Shown in pieces: positions 51,429-64,000 of a DNA stretch of 64,000 nt (within the stretch, counting starts at the first letter, position 1; every line of letters starts with the position of its first letter). The stretch comes from Botryllus schlosseri (taxonomy: Eukaryota): the NCBI GenBank assembly GCA_051294905.1, contig CM119371.1:13704001-13768000 (forward strand). Direction: 5' to 3'. A program made the translations under genes and the position numbers. The notes beneath the pieces are model-generated. The model was not told the DNA's origin, did no database searches, and was given only the letters and a program-made list of their open reading frames with translations.

Positions 51429-52318
51429 GATTACCAGTGAACTCGGCACTTAGTGAATTCGGCCGCACAAACTCGGCACTTGGTGAATTCGGCCGTGGTA
51501 GATCTCGTAGCGGTACCGGTCACCATGATTGGTTACTGGAATGTTTGCCGGTGAACTTGGCACTTTGAGTGGTTGTCAATGTTGTACGGCGGTCAGGGCA
51601 TGCGTAGATCACACAGTCACGGCGTGATTAGATCACAGATTGCGTAATTGCGGGAAATAACGCGACGCTCTTCACTTGGTGAACTCGGCCCTTGGAGGAA
51701 TTGGTACTAGAACACCTTCGCATTAGAAATGCATTTAGTATGAATGAACAGTATCAAAAAGGAAATTTAAACGTGTCGTGGCTCGTGGTAGATCTCGTAA
51801 TCTTGGGATCCTTCAACCGTGTTATCGAGACACCCTAATCCCAGAGTGGAATCGTCTCTCCAAAGGCAAAAAATAATTTATTTTGACGTGATCATGCGAA
51901 ACATTTGTTGATGAGGAACACTGGCTTGTCGTGATCGATAAACGAAGAAGCGCCGCTTGATGTTCCACAGTTTTGATCTCACATACAACGCCAAGATCCA
52001 TCTTCTCAAAACTTACACGACACAGGCCCGTGACTCACGCCATCGATTCCAAGCAGACCGCGCGTGGTCGGTATATGAGCGCTGTGTTATTTCCTGTGGC
52101 TACGCAATCCGTGATCTAATCACGCCGTGACTGCGCGATCTACGGATGCCCTGACCTCCTTACAAGATTGACGAATCACTTGATAATACTATTATTAGTT
52201 TGATAATTCATATTAATAGCTGCAAATACACTTCATTTCAAAATTTCCCGAGGGCCGAATTCACCAAGTGCCGAGTTTGTGCGGCCGAATTCACCAAGTG
52301 CCGGGTGCATCGGCAACC
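51429..52318. mobile_element. Unclassified TIR element with long imperfect inverted repeats (possibly Merlin or MULE-like)
   Basis: Perfect 8-bp TSD atctgccc; repeated ctcggcacttggtgaattcggcc units mirrored at both ends. Confidence 0.75.
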
Positions 52319-52949
52319 ATCTGCCCACTTACAGCACGGCCCACTCCTAGGCTTTTTAAGACATGGCTATGCGAATCAGATTACGAGGAGGAGCCTAGAT
52401 AAACGGCCAACACTTCGGTAGGAATTATGGAGTCGACGTGTCACGCTCGAACCCGCAATTCATTGGTGTTTAGCTATAATGGAACGTACCACTACGTTTC
52501 CTCGCCATACCTTGTAAAATGAGACCGTAGCATTTGGCATTTCGTGTGGCAATTGACTTTTGTGTGGAAAATTGTGTTCGTTTTAGAACTTATCCGAAAC
52601 TTTTATTCCGCCATAGATTGTATATGATAAAACAGTATCGGAATTGATCCTAGAAGAATTCCAAAGCAACTCACCACAAAGGGGGATTTAAAGAAGTTTG
52701 ATGGAAAATTGAATGAAAGCAAAAGCCTTTGCAAGAGATGTGGTATGTTGAATCTGTTTTGGTATTTTTAAATAGGCCTACTTGGTTGTGCCGATAGCAG
52801 ACAGTATATATAAACGTAAGATGTGGAAGCTATCAAGGTGTTTTTAGAAATTCAGTCAGTCAAAGTGGACGATCGTATTGCTTGGATTATATTTAGGCTT
52901 ATTTTAGCATCTTTGAGATGCAACTCTAAACGTGGACGGTCATGAACAG

Positions 52950-53612
52950 TAGGGCTCTTCAAAAATGACTTTTTTTCTCAAATCGTACTGGCTACTTGAT
53001 AAAATTGTTAGGTTACCTAATTTGAGCCTACAAACAAAATATGGTTCAAATCCAGCCAGTATCCGCTTTGCTACAAGAGAAGAAAGTTCCTATTTATTAT
53101 ATAAAAATGAATAATAAAAAATTTGAAGATTTTCTGTTAACCCCATGAAAGTGTTAGGCTGTCTATAGAAACGATGCTCACCAAATTTGGTTCAATTCCA
53201 ACCAGTGGAAGCGGAGTTATTGCTGTCGAAAAATTTGGATTTTAATAAAATAGTACTTACGGTGAGCACAACTTTAATAAGTAAACAAAGAATCGGTCAC
53301 CGTAAATACTATTTTATTTAAATCCAAATTTTTCGACGGCAATATCTCCGCTTCCACTGGTTGGAATTGAACCAAATTTGGTGAGCATCGTTTCTATAGA
53401 CAGCCTAACACTTTCATGGGGTGAACAGAAAATTTTCAAATTTTTTATTATTCATTTTTATATAATAAATAGGAACTTTCTTCTCTTGTAGCAAAGCGGA
53501 TACTGGCTGGATTTGAACCAAATTTTGTGTTTAGGCTTAAATTAGGTAACCTAACAATATTATCAAGTAGCCAGAACGATTTGAGAAAAAAAGTCATATT
53601 TTAAGAGCCCTA
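52950..53612. mobile_element. Foldback MITE with ~315-bp arms
   Basis: tagggctctt ... aagagcccta; arms nearly identical; flanks atgaacag / atgtccat. Confidence 0.9.
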
Positions 53613-56138
53613 ATGTCCATGTGAGAGAAACGTTTTAGGGTAGGCCTACTCATATGTCTCGCAGCGTTCTCTACATAATTGTCAATTGCGATACAAACTG
53701 TTTGCTTGTATTGGTAAAGCCATCCAACTTCGAATTGTAAAATGTTGGGAGTCTTGATATCAAATTTTTGACAGGTGCACTTTGAGAAGATTTCGGAATC
53801 TGTCAAATTATACAAAAATTTAGCAAATTCTTTGACATATTTCATCTATTTGGGACTCGATCAACGTAAAAGAATTGGTAATCATTTTATACAATGTATT
53901 GTATTTGTAGTTGAAGTATAGTAATAATTCTTATGGTTACCGCACTTGTAACGATTCACGGCCATAACTGGAATAATTAGAATGATGTAACTTTCAAATT
54001 GTCATGCATTTTGCAACAACATTGTTCTCAATTTTCAAGGTGCTGACCATTCGAGGAAGAATCACCCACCGGGAATTCACGATCCGTAAACGCGGCCGAC
54101 TGTTTCTCTCCTCAAGCGGAAGCGACAGAGAAGAGGAACGAAGAGAAAAAAGGAGCAGAAATAGCAAGAGTGTGACAAGTCGCGTCCGTTCGCTTTAATG
54201 CGTATTTCCATCCGCGAAGTAGTAGGTGGGAAAACTAATGGGCGTTTGGTTAGGGCTTATATAAGGTTGACTCCAGCGCTGTATTTGCTAAATGTTGCTA
54301 TGAAATAGGGGTGGTGTCATTTGGTATCAATATTGACTATTGAAAGACCATTTGTTAGTGGTCATGGATTTGTTCGGCCAGTATGCAGTAATTTCTGATG
54401 GTCACTTCCCGGGCTTCTGTTCTCTAACCCCTCATAATTGTTATTCTGCTTCTAGTAAGACTGTCGATTCTAATGTTTTATCGTATCATTTGTCGGAGGT
54501 TTCGCTCGCTTTATTTACAACGTTTTGCTCTCAGCTAGGTCAATTACTGGCTGAGTATCACTACAGCCTAAGAAACTGCACTAATTCTCATTTTAATGTC
54601 TTGCTGGTTATCTTGCTGTCAATTCTAATAATTTATTAATGTCTATACCAGTGCCGCCACTCAAATGTTTTGTTCTCTGTACACAATATTGTTAGGTCTT
54701 CAGCTTTCCAGGCAGAGTATCATTCCACTTTCTAGACTTGAGTATATATCTCTCCAACTAGCTGCCAAATAACTGATTCATTTGGATTGTTGAATTGATC
54801 ATTTTGGACAGAATGTGAAGAAATGTTAGTCAAGAATTCTTTTTGTGTTAGTGGCTGTTTTCAAAGAGTGCTGAAGTAGTCATCGTTGATCTTGATAATC
54901 AAGTAGAAGTGACGATTGAAGTCAGTTCTCTAGTCATATAATATTAAAAAATATAATAATAAAACTTGAAAACTTGAGTGGAAATAGTTCAGAATCGAAT
55001 CCATTTTAGTAAGTATGGGCGAAAAAAATGTAGGAGTCATTCGTTAGTCGCTACCTCTGCCATTTTCGCAGTACGAATGTCTTAGCTATTAATCATCATT
55101 TTCATTTTATTTCTGCAGGGTGTTGAAAAAAAAAGGCCGCATGCTGGTTATTTAACTGGCTCATCAGAAGATGAAACCTGATGATAAGGACTGTTTTCAC
55201 TTTCCTTCTAATGACATTCGTTCGTTTGTTCGTTTTATTTTTTACAACGGCATTATTGCCAATTCGTTTGAAATTAAATTATCACAAATGTGATTAATAT
55301 GTAGTAAATAATGTGGTGTGTGTACGCAGCCGTGATCAGGTTAAGCCCATAGTGGTAGAAAACAGGTTATTATATCAGGATCTTCTTCTTCTAACGTAGG
55401 ATCTACATTCTACTCACCATGTTTAAAGGCTGTAGCATCTGCATAATATTTACATTATTGAAGGACATGGAAAAGACGTTGAATTGAGTCGACACAAAAT
55501 CCCCCTTTCTACGACCTGCCGAGATCTAATATCTACTATATCGGCTCGGCTTTTCTACATCTTTGGTCTGTACTGTGTTTGCTGGGATATTGGTGATTCC
55601 ACTAAGCTTGCCGATCCATAGGAAAAGTTTGCCTACAGTTCGTGTTCGTACCGCCTTTGTACTACAAACTTTGTAATACTCCGAACTCTACCGGTTTAAC
55701 TTGTCGTATATCTTACGATATTTCTTATGCAGCCTAATTTAAGCTTAATTAGACTGTTGAACCTTATTAGTCTTTATTTATAAGGATATGTGGGAAAGTA
55801 GAGATAATTTGGCATTATTTCAGTCAGTTTTCCAATATTGTACGATTGGCCTAAGAGCCATCCCGCCGTTGACTACCCGGGCCGATATAACTGTGTGTTA
55901 ATCATGAATCTTATGTAAGTGATAATTATTCAAGATGGTGAAAGTGTTGGCTTTGACAACACAAGGATCCCGAACGTTGTTATTGAAAGATATGTTGATT
56001 TGTGCACTGCATAGATAAGAGGTGAGTGAAGCCTAAGCTTATCTATAAACAAGAGTCGTCAATTACTCGGATTGTGTGGGTTTGTATAGCAATGCATTCC
56101 TGATTTTAACGCCCACCGTACCATCCAATCGTCTAACA

Positions 56139-56705
56139 CAGGGGGGGGGCAACTTCTCCAGTCGGCGGGCCGGATATAGGAAAATTAAATACTTGGCGGG
56201 CCGGATTGCTGAATCGATACAATATGCGCCCATTTATCCTCATATACAAGAAATAAATCGTATTTAATTAATGTATTTTAACGACAGCAATGTCACTTCA
56301 AAGTCATTTCTCGCCGATAAGTGACTAAGACAATGTGGATTTGAGAACAGCATTGTCATAGCCGCCGCCATGTGTGCTTCTCTCTGATCAATGATCATTT
56401 AACACACGGTGCAATCCTTAATCAGATTTCAAGGCATTCGTTAAGCCCGGTACCCCAAATTACCCAATATATTAATTCATTGGGTTTGAGAACATCGTTA
56501 ATGCCAATATTGCAAGTCTCGCTTCGACGAACGCACGCAGCGCACACACGTATATAATAACATGCAGTCACTAATACTTATTGACGTTAAGCAAGTATAA
56601 GTGCGGAATTTCGGCAGACTTGAGCCGCGGGTCACATTATCATATAAAACGGGAAACTGTCCGAGGGCCGGATCCGGCCCACGGGCCGTATGTTGCCCGC
56701 CCCTG
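56139..56705 (+). mobile_element. Charlie/Buster-type MITE (sister of 59460-60288)
   Basis: caggggggggggcaac-like left end / gttgcccgcccctg; TSD gtctaaca / gtctatca. Confidence 0.88.
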
Positions 56706-56714
56706 GTCTATCAT

Positions 56715-57057
56715 TAGGGTTACCATATTTTGGAATCGGGAAAGAACGACACTATTTCAAAATTTTCGAACACAGAATATCAGTGGAAAATCCTGAAAAA
56801 GTGGTAAATTTTTACCACTTCGTAGTCGGTTGACTAAAATAACAAAAAGAAACGGCCAACTTTCGCTCAGCTCCCGAAATACCCACCGGAGCTGATTTAC
56901 GGCATCTCAATCGAATTGTGCTATAAATTTGACCAAAAGTCCTAAAAAAGAGGACAAAATCTCAAAAAGGAGGACATTTAGGCGTCATCGGGGGACTTTT
57001 TCGAAAAACCGAAAAAGGGGAACAAATCCTCCTAAAGGAGCACGTATGGTAACCCTA
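56715..57057 (+). mobile_element. TAGGG-type hAT MITE (sister of 21056-21431)
   Basis: TIR tagggttaccata / tatggtaacccta; TSD tctatcat / tctaacat. Confidence 0.9.
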
Positions 57058-57993
57058 TCTAACATACCTTAGTACGCGAAGCATCTTTTCGAATGTTGTC
57101 AGAAAAATGAACCAAAGGTGCTAGTCGCAACATTGATGCTACGAATCAAGTGCAGTTTCACTATTTTGTGCGTTCTGGTTCTAAATACAAACACATTCAC
57201 ATCGCGATGACGTAACATGTGGATTTAGTGGCAAAGTGATATGGTTGCGAGTGAATATTGTTCTTGGGTTCGCCCTTTAAGCTTCCAAGGAAATCACTGC
57301 ACGATACCCCCGGAAATGCAACGAACTTCTCGAGAACAACGGGAGTGCGATATCTGTGATTTTTCTACTGCAGTGATTTTAGTACTTGATTAATCAATAA
57401 TCCGATACGCTGAATGCAAAATAATGAAGCTCTGTACCTCCAAGAAGCTCATCGCATACAAAAGTGACAAGTTTCTTCAATTTCCTTTCGTGTACTAAAT
57501 TTCGGCTGACTGGTGCGAATGAAATTATTTTTCAAAAAAAAGTGCGAATGGAGCTCAAAAAGGTTTAAAAGCACTGATCTAGTGGAAGCTAAGAGATGGA
57601 GACCAATTTTTGCCGTTTGTACGAGGATGAAAACAAAGCCTAGCGTCAAAATGCTCTCTGGGAACGTGCCGTATTGACAATAGGATGCGCTGATAACTTG
57701 ATATTGGTAATTTATTCACTAAAATCTCTTTGACCGACTCCAATCAGTAGCAAACGTCAGTAACAAGATGAATCAAATTGGAAACGAAGGAAATATCTTG
57801 TCTGCGTGATGTAATGTGCATCTGTGCATCGACACGCTCGTTGGCCGTCACAAATACTTTATTGAAGAGTCTAAGCCGCATCTGTTGTTCTGAGCATCGA
57901 TTTACTTCAATTTGGACAGCAGTTCCTACAAGCCTCGCAAAAGTCACTAACGCCGTTTGAAGTATACTACCTTCCCCTGCAGTAACAAAATCA

Positions 57994-58161
<168 letters not shown>

Positions 58162-58304
58162 TTACTGAATCACACGTGCCGCTTAATTGCATGTACATTG
58201 CACAAGCAGCAATTTCAAAGGTCAAAAACAAAGACATATCAAAATGACTTCAAGTATAAGAAAAAAAAGTAAGATGTGAAAAGTACTCGGTCAAGTATTT
58301 AGTC

Positions 58305-59009
58305 CAGGGCTGGCCAACCTTTTCGGCCAAAGGGCCACATTCGATTGATGAACTTTTGCGCGGGCCACTATCCGCGCGAAGCGCGAAAATTTTGCAAGTT
58401 CATAGGTCAATAATGTTGTCACTAAACTATATTACGGGCCAGATGTATATCGCTGGGCTAAGTTTGCGAGGACTGGGCTATTCGGCGCATGGACATATCG
58501 ATATCGAAAGCTGTGACCAACATGCGTCAATCATTTCGTGCCTAGGTTTCATGGTCGACGGTCTTACTGCGAGCGCGAACGCAAGGTCGCATATGTTGAA
58601 CGACACTTTGTCTCGTAATCGCGAATATGGTTAGACTCAAGCTGATACATTAGGTGTTCTTCCATTTTCACAAAAGGCCAACAATATTAAAAACAGGAAA
58701 TCGAGTGACAACATATTGCGCTAAGCTTGTAGAAAATTTTTACCTTTGATAAATCTATCGCAAATTATTCTGCTCCATGGTACTGTACGAAGATGTACCA
58801 ATATGTGAATGGCTGATGGATCTGTCAATGCGTCGGAACTGATATTTTAGTCATCGCATCTCAAGTATTGCAGCCAGACTAATCAAATTTTTGGTTGGCC
58901 TTGCAAGCTCAAAATCTGTGCAATCCATTTTTGATGATGTTAGAAATTTCGGAAATTACCTCGCGGGCCACTCAAAACCTTCTCGCGGGCCACGGGTTGG
59001 CCGGCCCTG
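58305..59009 (+). mobile_element. Charlie/Buster-type MITE
   Basis: TIR cagggctggccaacc / ggttggccggccctg; flanks atttagtc / atttagag. Confidence 0.85.
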
Positions 59010-59459
59010 ATTTAGAGTAAGGGTCGCTCGTTTTTAGCAGTCCATCGGAAGTGGTCACTTTAGAAATTGCAGGCGCATCTTCGCGACTAACGCAGAACTA
59101 CAAATGCGGACAATCCTCGAAAATATATTTAGTTACTGAAGCGGTTCTCAAACTGTAGTGCGTGTGCGTACATTGTACAACTAATGGCTAGCTTATGAAG
59201 TGGTAAATTTTCGGTGGGTTTAAACGGCTGGCACTGGTGGGTTGTTCCGCAAAATTGTGCTTCACTATTTAAAACTGTAAAACACGACCTTAATGGGATG
59301 CAAAACAACAAATAATATATCGTTGGATTCAGAATTTCAACGCCTACCAACTACCCCACGAAGCTAGACGAGAGTAGGGCAACCGAGCTTGTGAATAATC
59401 AATAAGATAATATAACCTTATTGTAAAAATAAACAAGTTTTAGTTACTTTCTTATAGAG

Positions 59460-60288
59460 CAGGGGTGGGCAACTTCTCCAGTCGGTCGGATACAGGAAAA
59501 TTAAGAACTTGGCAGGCGGGGTTGCTGAATCGATACATTATTCGCCCATTTATCCACATATACAAGGAATAAATCGTATTCAGTGAATGTATTTTACCGA
59601 CACCAAAGTAACTTCAAAGCTATTTCTCGCCTCTAATGATGAGGACAATGTGGATTTGAGAACAGCATTGTCATACAGGCACCACCATGTCTGCTTCTCT
59701 CTGATCAATCCCCAAACGGTGCAATTATTAATAAGTTTTCAAGGCGTTCGATAAGCATTAGGGTTTAGTATAGGTGACGAGACAGCGTGGTTGTTCAACT
59801 ATGTGGCCTACTTTATCTCGATATTGAATTCATGCGGCCCGCAGCCTCCACGAAATTTTGAAAGTGGCCCCGACCCGTTTTGAGTTGGCGTCTCCTAGCA
59901 TAAGCGGTGTCTTACAGAAGCCTAGAAGTATGCCGTGCTACAAGTCGACGGTTACGGGATCAAAAATCAGAAATATCGGCCTGGTGTAAATGACAATTGT
60001 AGTCGACAAACACCATGATTACCACAAATGACATATAAGGGTTGAGTACATCGTAAATGCCGATAATGCAATAGGTCTTGTCGCTTCAACGAATTTACGC
60101 GTAAGCTCCACCCTCGCTCGCTGCGCATACATGTATATATTTTCATACAGTCACTAAAATTTGACGTTTGTAAGCAAGTAGTGGGGAATCTCGGAAGACT
60201 GGGGCCGCGGGCCACACTATCATGTAAGATGAAAACTGTCCGCGGGCCGGACAAACTTTCTTCGCGGGCCGTATGTTGCCCGCCCCTG
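59460..60288 (+). mobile_element. Charlie/Buster-type MITE
   Basis: TIR caggggtgggcaac / gttgcccgcccctg; perfect TSD ttatagag. Confidence 0.92.
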
Positions 60289-60311
60289 TTATAGAGTCTA
60301 CAACGTACGCC

Positions 60312-60487
60312 TATACCTAGTGCGAATATGTGCGTGCTATTCACATCGACAGAGATGTTTTCTTTCAAATGAGCCATGAGGGACCACTTTTGCACTAATT
60401 CGAGCGATACTATCAGAACACTGTAGAGCGTTACCCTCTAAGACTGCATGTTTATGGTGCACTTATACTTATTCGCACTAGGTATAC
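60312..60487. mobile_element. Small MITE-like inverted-repeat element
   Basis: tatacctagtgcgaata ... tattcgcactaggtata. Confidence 0.65.
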
Positions 60488-60837
60488 GCTGTTAACTCTG
60501 TAAGGATGTAACCAATATTCGTTAGATATAATACAGGATTTATTAATTACTGGTGTGCATTGTGCAACCATTTTATTTTGATAATATTGCGTCACAGTAA
60601 ATTCAAGTCAATGAAAAACGAAGCTTGTTGAGATTGGATCCTTGGATGAATTTGGCGAAATTATAATCTAGATTACATAAATTATGTATTCATCGTAATT
60701 AAACAAGGACTAGAATATTAGCCACAGAGTGTGATTTGTACGAAACGCTTTATAACGGGCCCACAAAGCCTCGGCCTGTCGAAACGGCACCATATTTCGA
60801 AGCCAAGGCAGATCCCATTACCAACATGTCGTTTTAC

Positions 60838-60980
60838 CTGCAGTTAGAAGCGTCAGAAATGATTCGAAGGGTGCCGTCCATGTCGGTCACATACTTTTCA
60901 GTAAGCCCGACGACTTGAAATTTTTGGTTTTTGTCTTCCAACACTCGAAGCCGAGCTTTCTTCTTTAATAGATCGAATAC
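60838..60980 (-). CDS. KIF2: Kinesin-13 motor exon (most 5' one recognisable in the window)
   Basis: VFDLLKKKARLRVLEDKNQKFQVVGLTEKYVTDMDGTLRIISDASNCR resembles KIF2A [26 protein letters not shown]; 143 nt, phase 0-2. Confidence 0.93.
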
Positions 60981-61921
60981 CTGTGGTAAATGAAATCTTT
61001 CAATGCGAGATCTAGTAGCAACTGGGTAGGGAAATAACAAAAGAAAAAATAAGTAAACGACAGGCCACACACTATAGGTGATATTAAAACCCGATTTCAG
61101 AATTCGTTTCCGATTTGCCTCATAGGCTGTCATATCCAGCTAGTTCAATTTCAATGGGATTTGAGTCTTTCGATAATGTAATGGGATCGCAGCCTTCAGA
61201 GCTGACCTGAGTAATGTACATAAAAGCATTCTTTTAGGACCTTTGTCCGTCATACAACTGGATGGAGCTCTTTATTACAATGAGCAAGTCAGGACTAGGG
61301 GTGCAAGGCAAAGATGCCTTTGCCCTTTCCAATTTTCCGATTTGTAGTTGTTGAAATCTCTCGTCATTGCCGAAAAGTTGTCAACCCTAAATTTTAATCC
61401 CAGCTACACCTACGTTCAGGACCAAATGTTCCTTTTGACATTATTTTCCTTAGAGACTAAGAAGTTTTTTGGCAAATAATTAGCAAGCTTCTCAGTCTCG
61501 TAGCGATGAACACAACTTTGGCAATTGACCATTGTCCTCAATCATATCTTACACTCCGACATATCTATCGACACGAAAAAAAATTATTAATCCCGACATC
61601 CAGTCATATTTCATCAATAACAATAAACCATTGTCGCGTACAGAGTTGAAAATGGGGGCAAGTCATTTAGAAGCACAAGCCACTTGACAAAACAATGCAC
61701 AGAGGAATTGGTAGCGGCACAGTAGTTCTGTGTTCACAAGTCCTTCAAGTCTGGTGGCGGCACTGGAAAATAATGAGAATGTCTCGGTAGCGTGTCAAGC
61801 GAGCCAGCTTATCAACCTCAGGCTATTGTTTACCGCACGATTGCCATAACTAGGGCGGTATTTTTTCACGCCGAAACACTGATTTTACCCGAGTGAGTTC
61901 ACGTTTAGATAAACTACACAC

Positions 61922-62288
61922 TAGGGTTGTTCAAAAATACCACTTTCTCCGGATCCCGAGGATTCACTGATGAAATTGATAATTTGCATAAAAAACGCTG
62001 CTCACCGAATTTGGCTCGCATATGACGACGGAGAGCCAATTGAAATTTCTGAATTCATTAAAAAAATTTGAATTTTTCAAATTTCACTGTCTACCCCGTG
62101 AAATTGCTGAGCAGTGAACAAAACGATGCAAAACAGATTTGACTCGATTCCAACCCGTAGAAGCGAAGTTATTTAGATTTTCTTTCAAAATTCTGGGATT
62201 TTCCACTTCTATGCTATTTTTGCAAATTCAAAACTTTCAACTGCAATAACTTGGCTTCTCCGGGAAAAGTTGTTTTTGAGCAACCCTA
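61922..62288 (+). mobile_element. TAGGG-type hAT MITE, distantly related to 52950-53612
   Basis: Ends tagggttgttcaaaaa / tttttgagcaacccta; perfect TSD ctacacac. Confidence 0.9.
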
Positions 62289-64000
62289 CTACACACACAT
62301 GTCCCCGGCGTAAATGAACACAAAGCTCGTGTAGATCAGTGGTTCTCAACCGCCGGTCCGCGGACCGGTGCCGGTCCGCGACGACCTTTCTGCCGGTCCG
62401 CGAGGTATATTAGGAAAATATATCTTAATTTCAATATGCAAGGTGTTGAAGGCTTGTCCATTGGTAAAATAAATAAAATTTCAAGTTTTAAACTGATGCA
62501 GAACTTCATGAGGTAAGATCAGGCCCTGAAACATGTTCGATTTGACTTAAAGTCCAAGCTGTCTCTAGTGACGACATTTGACCGACCCGGTAAGTACGAC
62601 CTGACTCGCTAAACCGCGCAATAGGCCTTTTGCAGGACTTCGATCACGTGACTAGATACGCGTAGCAACAACAAATTGGTTAGCAAGCTACTTTCTCGCG
62701 CACCTGCTTCAGGGCTAAATTTCGCATAGTGTACTGTCGATTTCTGGTTGTAAACGTTTCGGAAATTTGTTGTAGAAGTCATCAGAGATTCACCTATGCT
62801 AGATGTCAATCCTGTACAAAGCACATAGAATGATATCGTCAGAATTACGCATAAATCCGTCGTTAACGTAGACGTATTTCGGATACAGTATATTATCGTT
62901 TTCGGGCTGTAAACGTTCGCAAGTGTCATGGAGATGCGCAAGGATTCAAATATGTTGGATGTCTTTGATTCATGAACTATGTAAACTCCTTGCGTCAAAA
63001 TGATCGACATTGTAGCCGTTATTTGGTAGTCAACTATGATTTTATGACACAAAATTCGACATTGCAGGACATTGACTGCGTGATATTTATTGCAGCATTA
63101 AGTTAGGTGTGGATAGTATACTATAGTTGTATTGTAGCGGTAGTTGGTAATCATTGCAGCATTTTGATGATTGATATCGATTGCAATATATATAGGATAC
63201 TGCTATTTTTAAGCATAAGAGACAATGACTGCCAGTGCCAGTACGTTGATGTGTTATGAATTCATGCAATGTGCTACATACCATAAATATATTAAATATC
63301 CTAAGCTATTGTATGACTTCTCAGTTAAACAATTAAAAATATTTAGACCTCTACACCTATATTACAAGTTATTGATCATTATGTCATGCTGCCAAGTGCC
63401 ACTACCCGAAGGAAAATGATCATCAGCTCCAATTGAGGGTGAAACGGTAATCTTATAGCTGGCGACCACAGCTCAAAATTTATTTAAACCGGTCTCAATC
63501 GAAAGATATTTTCACACTGATTCCGAAAATATAAATTAAAATCTGGTCAGGGCACTGGAACCCCCCTAAAATCGACCTCAAAGTTCGAAATTTCCATTGT
63601 TCTGAACAATAGGGGCGCCTGAGCTGAATGGTCGATTAACGCCTCGTACTCATTGTGACGCCATTGAGCGTCTCGGCGAAGTCGAGCCGTGTTCTCCGTG
63701 ACTCTCGGAGTATTTAGCGTCGTATGAAGCCGAATATTATCACCACATAAAATCTGGTCATGCGGTGGAAGGCAGCGTGGTTTCATGCCAACAGAAAATG
63801 TCAGCAGATGATCTGACCACTGACTAACTGTCCTGAACTTCTTTCCCGATGTTGATGTCTGCTTTGAAAATGATATTTTATTTCTGTACAGCAAGACAAG
63901 CGCTCTTCCGTGGATGCTATGAATATGTCTAGACAAGTGGCTATGGAGGTAGAGGAAAATACATAGGCATAACAGTCTCGGCAGTTATTGAACTTGATAA

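Larger units (their letters stand above)
49926..55586 (+). mobile_element. CACTA/EnSpm-type element (CCCAG termini), non-autonomous
   Basis: 13-bp TIR cccagcaaacaca / tgtgtttgctggg; 2-bp TSD AT; subterminal tacgtag.aggatg / tttctac repeats. Confidence 0.8.
49191..57576 (+). mobile_element. hAT element with gtgcgaatg subterminal repeats, expanded to 8.4 kb by nested insertions
   Basis: Ends cagtgcttttcaacct / aggtttaaaagcactg; perfect TSD atctagtg (49183-49190, 57577-57584). Confidence 0.9.

Noticed and set aside
52440..52475. tRNA/SINE B-box-like gggttcgagc on the minus strand
   Set aside because: No A-box or cloverleaf can be supported.

Overview
AT-rich, intron-containing eukaryotic DNA, most likely from an invertebrate animal (inferred from the repeat families; species not determinable here). 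The window is dominated by transposons. (1) A near-intact L1-clade (Tx1-like) non-LTR retrotransposon on the minus strand (~8344-13592). ORF1 has two CCHC knuckles; ORF2 has EN, RT and CCHC domains with a single in-frame stop near the C-terminus; the 3' UTR is structured. (2) The 3' part of a kinesin-13 (KIF2-like) gene on the minus strand: seven exons between 60980 and ~38360 with intact splice phases but substitutions at normally invariant motor residues. (3) Two large CACTA/EnSpm-type elements (14077-23399, 49926-55586); the first carries a decayed SAMD3-like accessory gene and a 126-127 bp tandem array with dimeric higher-order structure. (4) About 20 non-autonomous hAT-type elements with readable 8-bp TSDs, often nested up to three deep, plus two ~660-bp near-perfect palindromes. 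(5) A decayed I/Nimb-like LINE near the start. No rRNA, tRNA or CRISPR was seen. I cannot confirm a new biological system. The best leads are the duplicated structured module in the Tx1 3' UTR, the divergent kinesin-13 and the CACTA cargo gene plus satellite. All family assignments come from motif recognition, not database searches.
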